In this document: positions 40,876-51,531 of the stretch, piece after piece
Layout: each line of letters opens with the position of its first letter
How positions within the stretch are numbered: the first letter of the stretch is position 1
Virus record (IMG/VR): IMGVR_UViG_3300048503_000010
Coordinates: 1 to 64,000 of that record
Strand: one strand, 5' to 3'
DNA: 64,000 bases
Source: an uncultured virus (IMG/VR IMGVR_UViG_3300048503_000010)
Taxonomy: Duplodnaviria > Heunggongvirae > Uroviricota > Caudoviricetes
The notes under the pieces: generated by a model
Told to the model about the DNA's origin: nothing
The model's input: the letters and a program-made list of their open reading frames with translations, nothing else
The model's database searches: none
Position numbers and translations under genes: made by a program

Positions 40876-41893
40876 ATGTGCAACTTCGCAAGCTTTGTAC
40901 TAACGAAAGATTCGATTTTTTGGTGCGACGAGAGTGATTCTCACGAGGACATCATCAGTGAGAATTCACTTCACGCAGACGGTGTAGCCGGTCCCCAATG
41001 TTCTTCGAGTGGAAGTATCGCCTACAAAAAACGTAACCGATTTGATGGACTTTGCGTCTTGGCAATACAAAGTCGATCAGGATATAATGCCGGGTTGGTT
41101 TGATGCGGTAACGTGCGAAACCCGTACTAGAGAGGCGTTACAGGAACGGTTCAAAAGGGGTTTGAAGGTTGGCGGTGACCTGTCTCTCTACGATTGCACG
41201 GGCCTCAAGGCACTCCCGGATGGTTTGAAGGTTGGCGGTTACCTGTTTCTCGACGGTTGCACGGGCCTCAAGGCACTCCCGGATGGTTTGAAGGTTGGCG
41301 GTTACCTGTTTCTCGACGGTTGCACGGGCCTCAAGGCACTCCCGGATGGTTTGAAGGTTGGCGGTGACCTGTATCTAAACGGTTGCACGGGCCTCAAGGC
41401 ACTCCCGGATGGTTTGAAGGTTGGCGGTAAACTGTCTCTCTGCGGTTGCACGGGCCTCAAGGCACTCCCGGATGGTTTGAAGGTTGGCGGTAACCTGTCT
41501 CTCAAGTATTGCACGGGCCTCAAGACACTCCCGGATGGTTTGAAGGTTGGCGGTGACCTGTCTCTCAACGGTTGCACGGGCCTCAAGGCACTCCCGGATG
41601 ATTTGAAGGTTGGCGGTGACCTGCTTCTCGACGGTTGCACGGGCCTCAAGGCACTCCCGGATGGTTTGAAGGTTGGCGGTAGCCTGTCTCTCTGCGGCTG
41701 CACGGGCCTCAAGGAACTCCCGAATGGTTTGACGGTTGGCGGTTACCTGTATCTCGACGGTTGCACGGGCCTTAAGGAACTCCCGAATGGTTTGACGGTT
41801 GGCGGTGACCTGCTTCTCGACGGTTGCACGGGCCTCAAGGCACTCCCGGATGGTTTGAAGGTTAGCGGTGGCCTGTATGGTTGGAAGAGGTAG
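40876..41893 (+). CDS. LRR protein copy 2 (11 repeats; extra C near 40993)
   Basis: N-domain DNA matches copy 1 apart from the indel. Confidence 0.88.
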
Positions 41894-41964
41894 TAGTCAA
41901 TGGCAAGGAAACAAACTTGACAAACTAACAGAGATTTGGTAGGGTAATTGAGAGGAGAAAAACA

Positions 41965-42360
41965 ATGTCGAATCCAGGTGAAAAGACGAGTTTGATTGAC
42001 CTTATCGCAGGAGATGAAGTGATAATCTGTGAAGGGTACGGCACTCGTACCAGAGCCACAATCCAAAGCATTACCCCTGCTGCTAACTTCAAAGTTATCC
42101 AGAAAGGTTCTACAGGCAGCGGAGTAGATACTGTTCGTATCTTCAACAAGAACGGACGTGAGCGCGGAAGCGATATATGGCACGGCGCACACCTTGAACC
42201 GTTTGACAAGGCAGTGTGGGATTGGGAACTGTCTCGCAGAAAGCGTGTATGTTTGACAAAAGCGATTAGGGAAATTGTATGGGATGCATACGACAACGAA
42301 GTTCTTGAGAAAGTGTTATCAATACTGCCAAAGGAGGCAACGAATGGGAGCAGGAGTTAG
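41965..42360 (+). CDS. Hypothetical protein behind the LRR-type promoter module
   Basis: 131 aa; same promoter and RBS as the LRR genes. Confidence 0.7.
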   Translation: MSNPGEKTSLIDLIAGDEVIICEGYGTRTRATIQSITPAANFKVIQKGSTGSGVDTVRIFNKNGRERGSDIWHGAHLEPFDKAVWDWELSRRKRVCLTKAIREIVWDAYDNEVLEKVLSILPKEATNGSRS

Positions 42361-42645
42361 TCAATCAAGGATCAATCAGGCGATACGCAGAGACTTACAG
42401 CACATTCAAAGTGAGTTGTCTGGACACGGTATCCCGTCAATTTACAAGCGTTTTGTTCTGACCGATGGTGAAAATAACAAGGTAGGATTTGTGATTAGTT
42501 ACCGTGTCGTACACGCATCTAATGGAGAATGTGCCGGTTGGCCGGTCTTCTGTGTCATTGACAAAAAGACAGGGAACACAAGAGTTTATGGGTTCTGAAA
42601 ACGATGGGGGTGTCTGGACTAGTAGAAAGCGCGGTATAGCTCGGA

Positions 42646-43002
42646 TTGTGGAGCTATGGAGGGGCTGTGAAAATACCAAGACTACCACAGTTACGGGATC
42701 GTAAAGGGAGATTCAAAAAGGGTTGGACAATCTCCCAAAAAGGTTATCCACGTTATACCAGCGGGCCTTACCGCAATCGGTATGTTCATCGAGTAAAGGC
42801 CGCGCTGATGCTAGGCAGGGAGTTAACCAAAGATGAAGATGTGCATCATGTCAATGGTAACAAGGTTGATTTTAGCACCAGAAATCTTTCCGTCATAGGT
42901 CATACCCAACACGGGTATATATCTGCAAAACAACACTTTTGGGTAACCGTTGTCCTAGAAGAACGAATGAGGAAATGGTATGCCGAGTACAACCTAGTAT
43001 AA
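42646..43002 (+). CDS. HNH endonuclease
   Basis: YVHR...LGREL...EDVHHVNGNK.D....NL. Confidence 0.8.
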   Translation: MWSYGGAVKIPRLPQLRDRKGRFKKGWTISQKGYPRYTSGPYRNRYVHRVKAALMLGRELTKDEDVHHVNGNKVDFSTRNLSVIGHTQHGYISAKQHFWVTVVLEERMRKWYAEYNLV

Positions 43003-43586
43003 GTTCTCACGAAAGGATTAGGAAGAACATGCAGACATTGAATGTGCAAAGCTGGAGTGGGAATCATAAGGTGAAAGTTCGGAAGAATGGAGTAGGGGTT
43101 TTGAATCAAGACGCTTCCAACTTGTTTACATGCGGTCACTGCCACTCGTTAGCACTAGCCGTGAACAAGCTGACCGGCTGGAAAATGTTTGCCGTTGGCG
43201 ATGAGCATTACTCTCCACAACATTTTATCATGTACTGCCCACCGTTGAAAGATTATATCGACGTGAATGGTCCCAAAGCTGTGAGCCGGTATAAGAGATT
43301 AGCAAGCCGACTCTTGGAAGAGTTTGACCCGACTGAGATCGACCAGTTGGAGTTTTATAAAGAACCAGACCCGGAAATGGCTGAGCCCGTTCGCTAAAGC
43401 ATTGTTGATAAAACTTTCTGTAGAACACGACATTGATATTCCGGCTGTAAGGGAACTGGTAAGCAAGCCGAGGCCGAGGCGCAAAAAGAAAATCGTTAAC
43501 AAGGTCTAAAAGATCATCTTGGTACTTGAAGAAAGTGCTTGACAAACTAACAAAGATTTGGTAGGGTAATTGAGAGGAGAAAAACA

Positions 43587-44261
43587 ATGTGCAACTTCGC
43601 AAGCTTTGTGTTGACGAAAGATTCGATTTTCTGGTGCGACGAGAGTGATTCTCATGAGAATATTATCAGTGAGAATTCACTCCACGCAGACGGTGTAGCC
43701 GGTCCCAATGTTCTTCGAGTGGAAATATCGCCTACAAAAAACGTAACCGATTTGATGGACTTTGCGTCTTGGCAATACAAAGTCGATCAGGACATAATGC
43801 CGTGTTGGTTTGATGCGATAACGTGCGAAACCCGTACTAGAGAGGCGTTACAGGAACGGTTCAAAAGGGTTTGACGGTTGGCGGTAACCTGTATCTCGAC
43901 GGTTGCACGGGCCTTAAGGCATTCCCGGATGGTTTGACGGTTGGCGGTAGCCTGTCTCTCTGCGGCTGCACGGGCCTCAAGGAACTCCCGAATGGTTTGA
44001 CGGTTGGCGGTGACCTGTCTCTCGACGGTTGCACGGGCCTCAAGGCACTCCCGGATGGTTTGAAGGTTGGCGGTGGCCTGTCTCTCTACGGCTGCACGGG
44101 CCTCAAGGCATTCCCGGATGGTTTGACGGTTGGCGGTTACCTGTGTCTCTAAACGGTTGCACGGGCCTCAAGACACTCCCGGATGGTTTGAAGGTTGGCG
44201 GTAGCCTGTCTCTCTGCGGTTGCATGGGCTCAAGGAACTCCCGGATGGTTTGAAGCTGTAG
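43587..44261 (+). pseudogene. LRR protein copy 3 (6 repeats, frameshifted; error or decay)
   Basis: Indels near 43867, 44150 and 44229. Confidence 0.75.
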
Positions 44262-44330
44262 TAGTCAATGCAAGGAAATAAACTTGACAAACTAACAAAG
44301 ATTGGTAGGGTAATTGAGAGGAGAAAAACA

Positions 44331-45159
44331 ATGTGCAACTTCGCAAGCTTTGTGTTGACGAAAGATTCGATTTTCTGGTGCGACGAGAGTGATTCTCATG
44401 AGAATATTATCAGTGAGAATTCACTCCACGCAGACGGTGTAGCCGGTCCCAATGTTCTTCGAGTGGAAATATCGCCTACAAAAAACGTAACCGATTTGAT
44501 GGACTTTGCGTCTTGGCAATACAAAGTCGATCAGGACATAATGCCGTGTTGGTTTGATGCGATAACGTGCGAAACCCGTACTAGAGAGGCGTTACAGGAA
44601 CGGTTCAAAAAGGGTTTGACGGTTGGCGGTAACCTGTATCTCGACGGTTGCACGGGCCTTAAGGCATTCCCGGATGGTTTGACGGTTGGCGGTAGCCTGT
44701 CTCTCTGCGGCTGCACGGGCCTCAAGGAACTCCCGAATGGTTTGACGGTTGGCGGTTACCTGTATCTCGACGGTTGCACGGGCCTTAAGGAACTCCCGAA
44801 TGGTTTGACGGTTGGCGGTGACCTGTCTCTCTACGGCTGCACGGGCCTCAAGGAACTCCCGAATGGTTTGACGGTTGGCGGTTACCTGTCTCTCGACGGT
44901 TGCATGGGCCTCAAGACACTCCCGGATGGTTTGAAGGTTGGCGGTAGCCTGTCTCTCTGCGGTTGCATGGGCCTCAAGGAACTCCCGGGATGGTTTGAAG
45001 GTTAGCGGTTACCTGTATCTCGACAGTTGCACGGGACTCAAGGCACTCCCGAATGGTTTGACGGTTGGCGGTAGCCTGTCTCTCTTAGGTTGCACGGGCC
45101 TCAAGGCACTCCCGGATGGTTTGACGGTTGGCGGTTACCTGTATGGTTGGAAGCTGTAG
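44331..45159 (+). CDS. LRR protein copy 4 (8 repeats; extra G near 44988)
   Basis: Same architecture; ends YLYGWKL. Confidence 0.85.
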
Positions 45160-45230
45160 TAGTCAATGGCAAGGAAATAAACTTGACAAACTAACAAAGA
45201 TTTGGTAGGGTAATTGAGAGGAGAAAAACA

Positions 45231-46562
45231 ATGTGCAACTTCGCAAGCTTTGTGTTGACGAAAGATTCGATTTTCTGGTGCGACGAGAGTGATTCTCATG
45301 AGAATATTATCAGTGAGAATTCACTCCACGCAGACGGTGTAGCCGGTCCCAATGTTCTTCGAGTGGAAATATCGCCTACAAAAGACGTGATCGATTTGAT
45401 GGACTTTGCGTCTTGGCAATACAAAGTCGATCAGGACATAATGCCGTGTTGGTTTGATGCGATAACGTGCGAAACCCGTACTAGAGAGGCGTTACAGGAA
45501 CGGTTCAAAAAGGGTTTGAAGGTTGGCGGTAACCTGTCTCTCAAGTATTGCACGGGCCTCAAGGAACTCCCGAATGGTTTGAAGGTTGGCGGTTACCTGT
45601 TTCTCGACGGTTGCACGGGCCTCAAGGAACTCCCGGATGGTTTGAAGGTTGGCGGTGACCTGTCTCTCTACGATTGCACGGGCCTCAAGGCACTCCCGGA
45701 TGGTTTGAAGGTTGGCGGTTACCTGTCTCTCTACGGTTGCACGGGCCTCAAGGAACTCCCGGATGGTTTGAAGGTTGGCGGTAGCCTGTCTCTCTACGGT
45801 TGCACGGGCCTCAAGGAACTCCCGGATGGTTTTAAGGTTAGCGGTGACCTGTCTCTCAAGTATTGCACGGGCCTCAAGACACTCCCGGATGGTTTGAAGG
45901 TTGGCGGTGACCTGTCTCTCAACGGTTGCACGGGCCTCAAGGAACTCCCGGATGGTTTGAAGGTTGGCGGTGACCTGTCTCTCAACGGTTGCACGGGCCT
46001 CAAGGCATTCCCGGATGGTTTGAAGGTTGGCGGTTACCTGTCTCTCGACGGTTGCACGGGTCTCAAGGCACTCCCGGATGGTTTGAAGGTTGGCGGTAAA
46101 CTGTCTCTCTGCGGTTGCACGGGCCTCAAGGCACTCCCGGATGGTTTGAAGGTTGGCGGTAAACTGTCTCTCTGCGGTTGCACGGGCCTCAAGGCACTCC
46201 CGGATGGTTTGAAGGTTAGCGGTGACCTGTCTCTCTTCGGTTGCACGGGCCTCAAGGCATTCCCGGATGGTTTGAAGGTTAGCGGTCACCTGTCTCTCTA
46301 CGGTTGCACGGGCCTCAAGGAACTCCCGGATGGTTTGAAGGTTGGCGGTATCCTGTCTCTCTTCGGTTGCACGGGCCTCAAGGCACTCCCGGATGGTTTT
46401 AAGGTTGGCGGTAGCCTGTGTCTCGACAGTTGCACGGGCCTCAAGGCACTCCCGAATGGTTTGAAGGTTGGCGGTTACCTGTCTCTCTACGGTTGCACGG
46501 GCCTCAAGGAACTCCCGAATGGTTTGAAGGTTGGCGGTAGCCTGTATGGTTGGAAGCTGTAG
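45231..46562 (+). CDS. LRR protein copy 5 (16 repeats)
   Basis: 443 aa = 94 + 16x21 + 13. Confidence 0.92.
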   Translation: MCNFASFVLTKDSIFWCDESDSHENIISENSLHADGVAGPNVLRVEISPTKDVIDLMDFASWQYKVDQDIMPCWFDAITCETRTREALQERFKKGLKVGGNLSLKYCTGLKELPNGLKVGGYLFLDGCTGLKELPDGLKVGGDLSLYDCTGLKALPDGLKVGGYLSLYGCTGLKELPDGLKVGGSLSLYGCTGLKELPDGFKVSGDLSLKYCTGLKTLPDGLKVGGDLSLNGCTGLKELPDGLKVGGDLSLNGCTGLKAFPDGLKVGGYLSLDGCTGLKALPDGLKVGGKLSLCGCTGLKALPDGLKVGGKLSLCGCTGLKALPDGLKVSGDLSLFGCTGLKAFPDGLKVSGHLSLYGCTGLKELPDGLKVGGILSLFGCTGLKALPDGFKVGGSLCLDSCTGLKALPNGLKVGGYLSLYGCTGLKELPNGLKVGGSLYGWKL

Positions 46563-46972
46563 TAGTCAATGGCAAGGAAACAAACGGAAAGGAGAAAATC
46601 TATGGGATACTATATTGAGACAAAAGGAAATTTTGGCAAAGCGGCAACGATTGCCGCTGAATGGGATGGAATTGTCCTAAAATATTCACCAAGAGCCTAC
46701 AGCGATATACCAGAAGGCAAGGCACTTATTGTAGTAGTTGACAACGGAATGTTTGAAGCTGCTGCATTCTGTTATGATGAGGAAGAGTTTAAGTATTTCA
46801 CTGATTCTAGCGACCCGCGCCCCAAGCTGTATGTACTTCTTGATCGTGAGTTGGCAGAACAACTTTCTGGATATAATCGAAAAAAGACTTGACAATGCAG
46901 GACAAACGTGGTATACTGTACTAGAATCAGAAGGGTGCTTAGGGGATAGGCACAGAAAGGGTGTAAAGATTT

Positions 46973-47359
46973 ATGAGCAAAAAGACAATGAAGGCATTCA
47001 GCGATTCAGATGTAGTCATTAAGGAACAGCCTACTCCCGAAGTGCCGGGGGAAGAAGTTGTCCCTGAAACATTTACAGCAACTCCAACAACGAGCGCATC
47101 ACCAACCGGTGAAGAGTTTATCTTCGCCAGCGTGGATATTCCTAAGCGCACGGGCCGTGGGTCCAAGCTGAGTTATCCTATCAATGTTCTGGTAGCAGGT
47201 TCCAAAGATTCATTCTTGGTTCCCGCGTCTCCCGATAAGTTCAAGAATGTCACCGCTTCAATTAGAACCTATGCCTATCGGAATGGGTTTAAGGTTACGC
47301 TTCGCAATGAAAACACCGATGGCTCCACTCAGGGTGTTAGGGTGTGGCGTAAGGTTTAA
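46973..47359 (+). CDS. Putative small DNA-binding protein
   Basis: IP..GR...YP...L...DSF.VP...GVRVWR; TTGACA-17-TATACT promoter at 46889. Confidence 0.6.
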   Translation: MSKKTMKAFSDSDVVIKEQPTPEVPGEEVVPETFTATPTTSASPTGEEFIFASVDIPKRTGRGSKLSYPINVLVAGSKDSFLVPASPDKFKNVTASIRTYAYRNGFKVTLRNENTDGSTQGVRVWRKV

Positions 47360-48339
47360 TAGAAATCTGCCATACTGTTTTAGTTCGCCAGACCCGTCAG
47401 GGAATAACCGCTAGTAACTTTTCGGTTACTGGACTAGAGCAGTATGGCAGAGTAGAAAAAGCATTTGGTACTAAAGTATTACTGAGAAAAGGAGAAGGAG
47501 AAAATATGACACGAGATGCACAAGGAAGATTTGCGAAGGCACAAATGACAGAAGAAGAAGAAGCAGATTTTTTCACTAGTGAAGCAGAATGGCCGGGAGA
47601 TGTATCTACATTTTCAATCCATTCAGATAATCCTAACCCTGATAACACCTATGGTTTCAGCACTACGGATGAGGATAACTACTTTCCTCGTGTAATTTCT
47701 GAAGCTAAGCCAGAGACTAACTTTCTATTTATTACTGACAAGAACATTGATACTGGAAATAAAAATTCGGTATTACTTGTCCGTAAAAACATTCTCAACA
47801 TTGGTTATAAGTTCCCACATGTAAAATTGGCCTATATTCCTTTGTCAGAATGGTTGGACGCACCTTCTACAGTTGGGGAAGATTGGGTTTCGGCAACACA
47901 GGCGTGCAACGGAGATTTTCGTGATACTGTTCTTGCAGAGATTGCACACGTCAATGAACTGCTTGAGCAGGAGAAGAGAGCAGAAAATAACCGCTCTGAG
48001 GGACGCACTGTTCGTGTTACAGTGGAATCTTTCCCCGGATAAAAGGACGTGTGAAAATACATATCCATAAAACTTTACCAAGAAAGGAGAACCGATGAAG
48101 ATTTTGTTAGGCGCGATTTTGTTGTTGGCATTTGTGGTTGTAGTTGCAATAATCCTTGCACTTCCGGTCATGCTAATTGTCAATTATCTGTTTACACAAT
48201 CTGTGCTGATTTACCTGTTTGGAATTCCTGCTTTGACGTTTTGGAAGGCTCTTTGGCTTAACATTTTGTGTGGGTTTATTTTCAAAAGCGGTTCAAACGC
48301 TATTAACAACTAACCGAACCAGTAACAAGAAAGGGTAAT

Positions 48340-48861
48340 ATGCAGGCACTAACTCCAATCGAGATCAAGGCGCTCATCCATGAGGTTCCTAACGAACGCT
48401 GGAAGTTGCTTATCAAAATGGGTTTTCTCCACGGGCTAAGAGTGTCGGAGCTAATAAACCTTACTGGAGAAGATATTCGTGATGGTTATGTGAGAGTACA
48501 ACGATTGAAAGGTTCTCTTAAAACTATCCAGCCGTTCGTTAAGCACCCTGATCCTGATTTAGATGAGTATGAAGGTCTAACCAAACTTCTTGGTACTCTT
48601 GGGTCTAAAGAGCGTTTGTTCAAAATCACCAGATTTGGGGTGTACAATATGTTTCAAAGAGCCGGACAGCGTGCCGGGATTCCGAAGCACAAACTACACC
48701 CCCATGCTCTTAAACATGCCTGTGCGATGGTTGCTATCGACAAGATAGGCATTCAGAGAGTAAGGCAGTATCTGGGACATAAGAACATTGGCAGCACAGG
48801 AGCGTATCTGCAAGAATCTGACGAAAGTGCCAGCAAAGCATTTGCGGGAGCAGTTGTATGA
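48340..48861 (+). CDS. Tyrosine recombinase, catalytic domain only
   Basis: GLRVSE, LKGS, HPHALKH, LGH...T..Y. Confidence 0.88.
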   Translation: MQALTPIEIKALIHEVPNERWKLLIKMGFLHGLRVSELINLTGEDIRDGYVRVQRLKGSLKTIQPFVKHPDPDLDEYEGLTKLLGTLGSKERLFKITRFGVYNMFQRAGQRAGIPKHKLHPHALKHACAMVAIDKIGIQRVRQYLGHKNIGSTGAYLQESDESASKAFAGAVV

Positions 48862-49325
48862 AAAAGACTACAAAACATGTTCCCGAGTACCAAACTTGTG
48901 ACTACCTGAAGTATTATCTCGATCCAGTTGCAGCTAAAAATAGATATGTCTTGGCGGCAAAAGTTTTAAAAAAGTATGCAAAAGAATTCGACAGCATAGC
49001 ATTTACTGGGATGTCGGGAGCACTAATTGCTCCAGCGATTGCCAGTCGGATCAATAAGCCCTTGATTATGGTGAGAAAGTCTACACGAAATTGCCACTCT
49101 TCTCATAGGGTAGAAGGAAACAGAGCATGTAAGAAGTATGTTATAGTGGATGACCTTATATCGAGCGGAGAGACGGCAACGAACATACAGAAAGCTATTC
49201 ATAAGTTTGCTCCAGATGCCCGTTGTATAGGAGTCTTGCAGGTAAACGAATTGTCGAATAGTTTAGATAACAAGCTGACAACCTCTGGCGCTGGCAGCAT
49301 GCTTGAGATTCTTGACTTTAACTAA
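48858..49325 (+). CDS. Type I phosphoribosyltransferase
   Basis: VRK loop; VIVDDLISSGET. Confidence 0.85.
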   Translation: MKKTTKHVPEYQTCDYLKYYLDPVAAKNRYVLAAKVLKKYAKEFDSIAFTGMSGALIAPAIASRINKPLIMVRKSTRNCHSSHRVEGNRACKKYVIVDDLISSGETATNIQKAIHKFAPDARCIGVLQVNELSNSLDNKLTTSGAGSMLEILDFN

Positions 49326-49853
49326 CAACCGTAGTACAATGTATGAAGAACCAAGAAAGGGTTCATATGAAAAAGTATAAACCGTTTGACAAACCGGCTA
49401 ACAATCCATTTCGCAGCATGAAAGTACAGCGTCCCGTTCCTCCCTACCCGCACTACACCGAGGCGAATATCACTAAGAGTGGAGAGAACGCTTTCAAGAT
49501 CGACGTAAAGTTCTACAACAATCCTTACCCACAACAGCCGTGGAGAAGTTTTTGGATAAGGGGATTTAAGCGTGCCGAACGAGTATTCGAGGATGGTGTA
49601 AGGCTGAGCAGACGCATCCAAGAGACACTGCCTCTAGAAGAGGTAACCGAATGAAGAGTAAAGACCCTCTGCCAGAAGGCTTGGTACTTAACGGTTACGT
49701 TTACTACTATAGGAATGGATGGAGGCTAGGTATTCTTTCAGAAGTTAAGAAAGGGCTGGCTCGTATCCTCCCATTCTTGGATGCAACGAAGCACATCAAC
49801 ATTCCGATTGGTGATGTAAAGCCGATGGATCAATAAACGAAGCTGAGGAAATT

Positions 49854-51056
49854 ATGAGTGAAGAAGCACAAGTAGAAGAATTCATACAAAAATTCGGTGG
49901 GATTACAGAGGAGTATATGTTCTATGAAGGACGGGTCACACTTCGCTATGATCCCGCTGACCATGTTTACTTGTTAGTAACACCAGATGGCTTAGAAGTA
50001 CAGAACGGAGTAACGTCGATTTGTCACATTGTTGACAAGTCAATTGTGCTAATTCCTTGGGCCTGTAAGATGATGTCCCAAAAGATTAATAACAAATTAG
50101 AACCATACATTCATGTGGACTCAACTGATATTACTATTCCTGTAGAAGATATTAGGAAGATCATTGAGGAAGCAAAGACTGCCCACAAAGAGAAGCTGGA
50201 AGAGGCAGGTGCAATTGGGCACATTGCACACAACTGGATTGAAAGCTATATTAAAGCAACGTTAGAAAAAGATGAACCATTACTCACACAAATAACAGAG
50301 AACATGCCAATAGACGAGAGAGCCAAGAATGCTTGTCTAGCAGCACTGGACTGGATGGTTAAACACAATGTTCGCTGGCTCAGCACTGAGCGTAAAGTAT
50401 ACAGCCGTAAGCACAAGTTTGCGGGAACAATGGATGGTATGTGTCTCACCGACTCATGCAACGATCCACTTTGCTGCAAGCATAAGTACAAGAATCATCT
50501 AACCCTTATCGACTGGAAGACGAGCAACTATCTTTACGTTGAGTTCCTGTTCCAGACGGCAGCATACGAGGAGGCTTATGAAGAGGAGACAGGAGAGCAC
50601 GTTAAGGACAGGTGGGTAGTCAGACTGGGGAAGGATGATGCACAGTTTGAGGCGTGGCATTTAGGACCGGAAACATACAAGGATGACTGGAAGGCATTCC
50701 TTTGCTGCCTCAAACTGAGACGGGCAGTAGATGTAGTTGAAAATCGTACAAAAGAGTTCAAGGATATGGTTCGTGGAGAGAAGAGAGCCGCTAAGAAAAA
50801 GGCTCGTGCCGTGGCGGAATCTGTCAAATGCAAGGCTTCTGACCGATATAAGGGCACACGGAAGCCCACATGCAACGGAGGAGCCGGGTGCGAGTTCTGC
50901 ACGAAGAAATATGGACAGGTTCAAGAAGAGAAGTCTAAGAAACTGCAAGAGATAGTAGACAAAAAGTTTTCAAAGAAGCTTGCCAAGCTGGAGAAGAAAT
51001 CAGCCGGAGTATCGCCGGAGTTGATAAAAGGGCTAAATTTCTTGTTAGATCGATAA
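49854..51056 (+). CDS. PD-(D/E)xK exonuclease
   Basis: VTSI, G...H, E..VYS....FAGT.D, IDWKTS, Q..AY. Confidence 0.85.
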   Translation: MSEEAQVEEFIQKFGGITEEYMFYEGRVTLRYDPADHVYLLVTPDGLEVQNGVTSICHIVDKSIVLIPWACKMMSQKINNKLEPYIHVDSTDITIPVEDIRKIIEEAKTAHKEKLEEAGAIGHIAHNWIESYIKATLEKDEPLLTQITENMPIDERAKNACLAALDWMVKHNVRWLSTERKVYSRKHKFAGTMDGMCLTDSCNDPLCCKHKYKNHLTLIDWKTSNYLYVEFLFQTAAYEEAYEEETGEHVKDRWVVRLGKDDAQFEAWHLGPETYKDDWKAFLCCLKLRRAVDVVENRTKEFKDMVRGEKRAAKKKARAVAESVKCKASDRYKGTRKPTCNGGAGCEFCTKKYGQVQEEKSKKLQEIVDKKFSKKLAKLEKKSAGVSPELIKGLNFLLDR

Positions 51057-51531
51057 ATAAGTCTTGACAAATGTCTTGGTACTTGGTATACTGTACTCGG
51101 ATTGGAAGATTGGAGAAAAACTATGTCAATTGAAGAGTTGCAGATGGAAGTAGCAAAGCGAGACGAAGAAGCGCGGCTTATAGGAACATCCGACGAGGAT
51201 TTTGAAGTGTTTTATTTTGAGAAGAAACTTGCTGAAGCAAATGAGAAAATCAAAAGGCTAGTTGCCTCGATAAAACTTACAGAAATGCCCAATCATATAG
51301 ACGGATGGGGTGTTAAATGCTGTTCTGCGTTTGAAGTTGAGGAACTTATTCGTAAACGTTTAACAGAACCTGAGAAGAAAGTGCTTGACAAAAATTGAGG
51401 AGTATGGTATACTGTACCAGTAGATCAAGATTAACAAGCGGGGGCAGGAAGGTTAGGGTGGTTGACTTCCTGCCCCGGAGCGGGATCAAATGTCAGTAAA
51501 GTATTATGCAGAAGTAACATAAAGGAGAAGA

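Noticed and set aside
45492..46289. Long antisense ORFs over the LRR genes (also 38864, 41302, 45794, 46034)
   Set aside because: By-products of a stop-free 63-bp repeat; no promoter or RBS
38439..46562. A complete DGR
   Set aside because: No reverse transcriptase, Avd or template repeat in this window; kept only as a hypothesis
48340..48861. Prophage integrase implying a temperate lifestyle
   Set aside because: Only 173 aa with no N-terminal binding domains; no repressor or host flank seen
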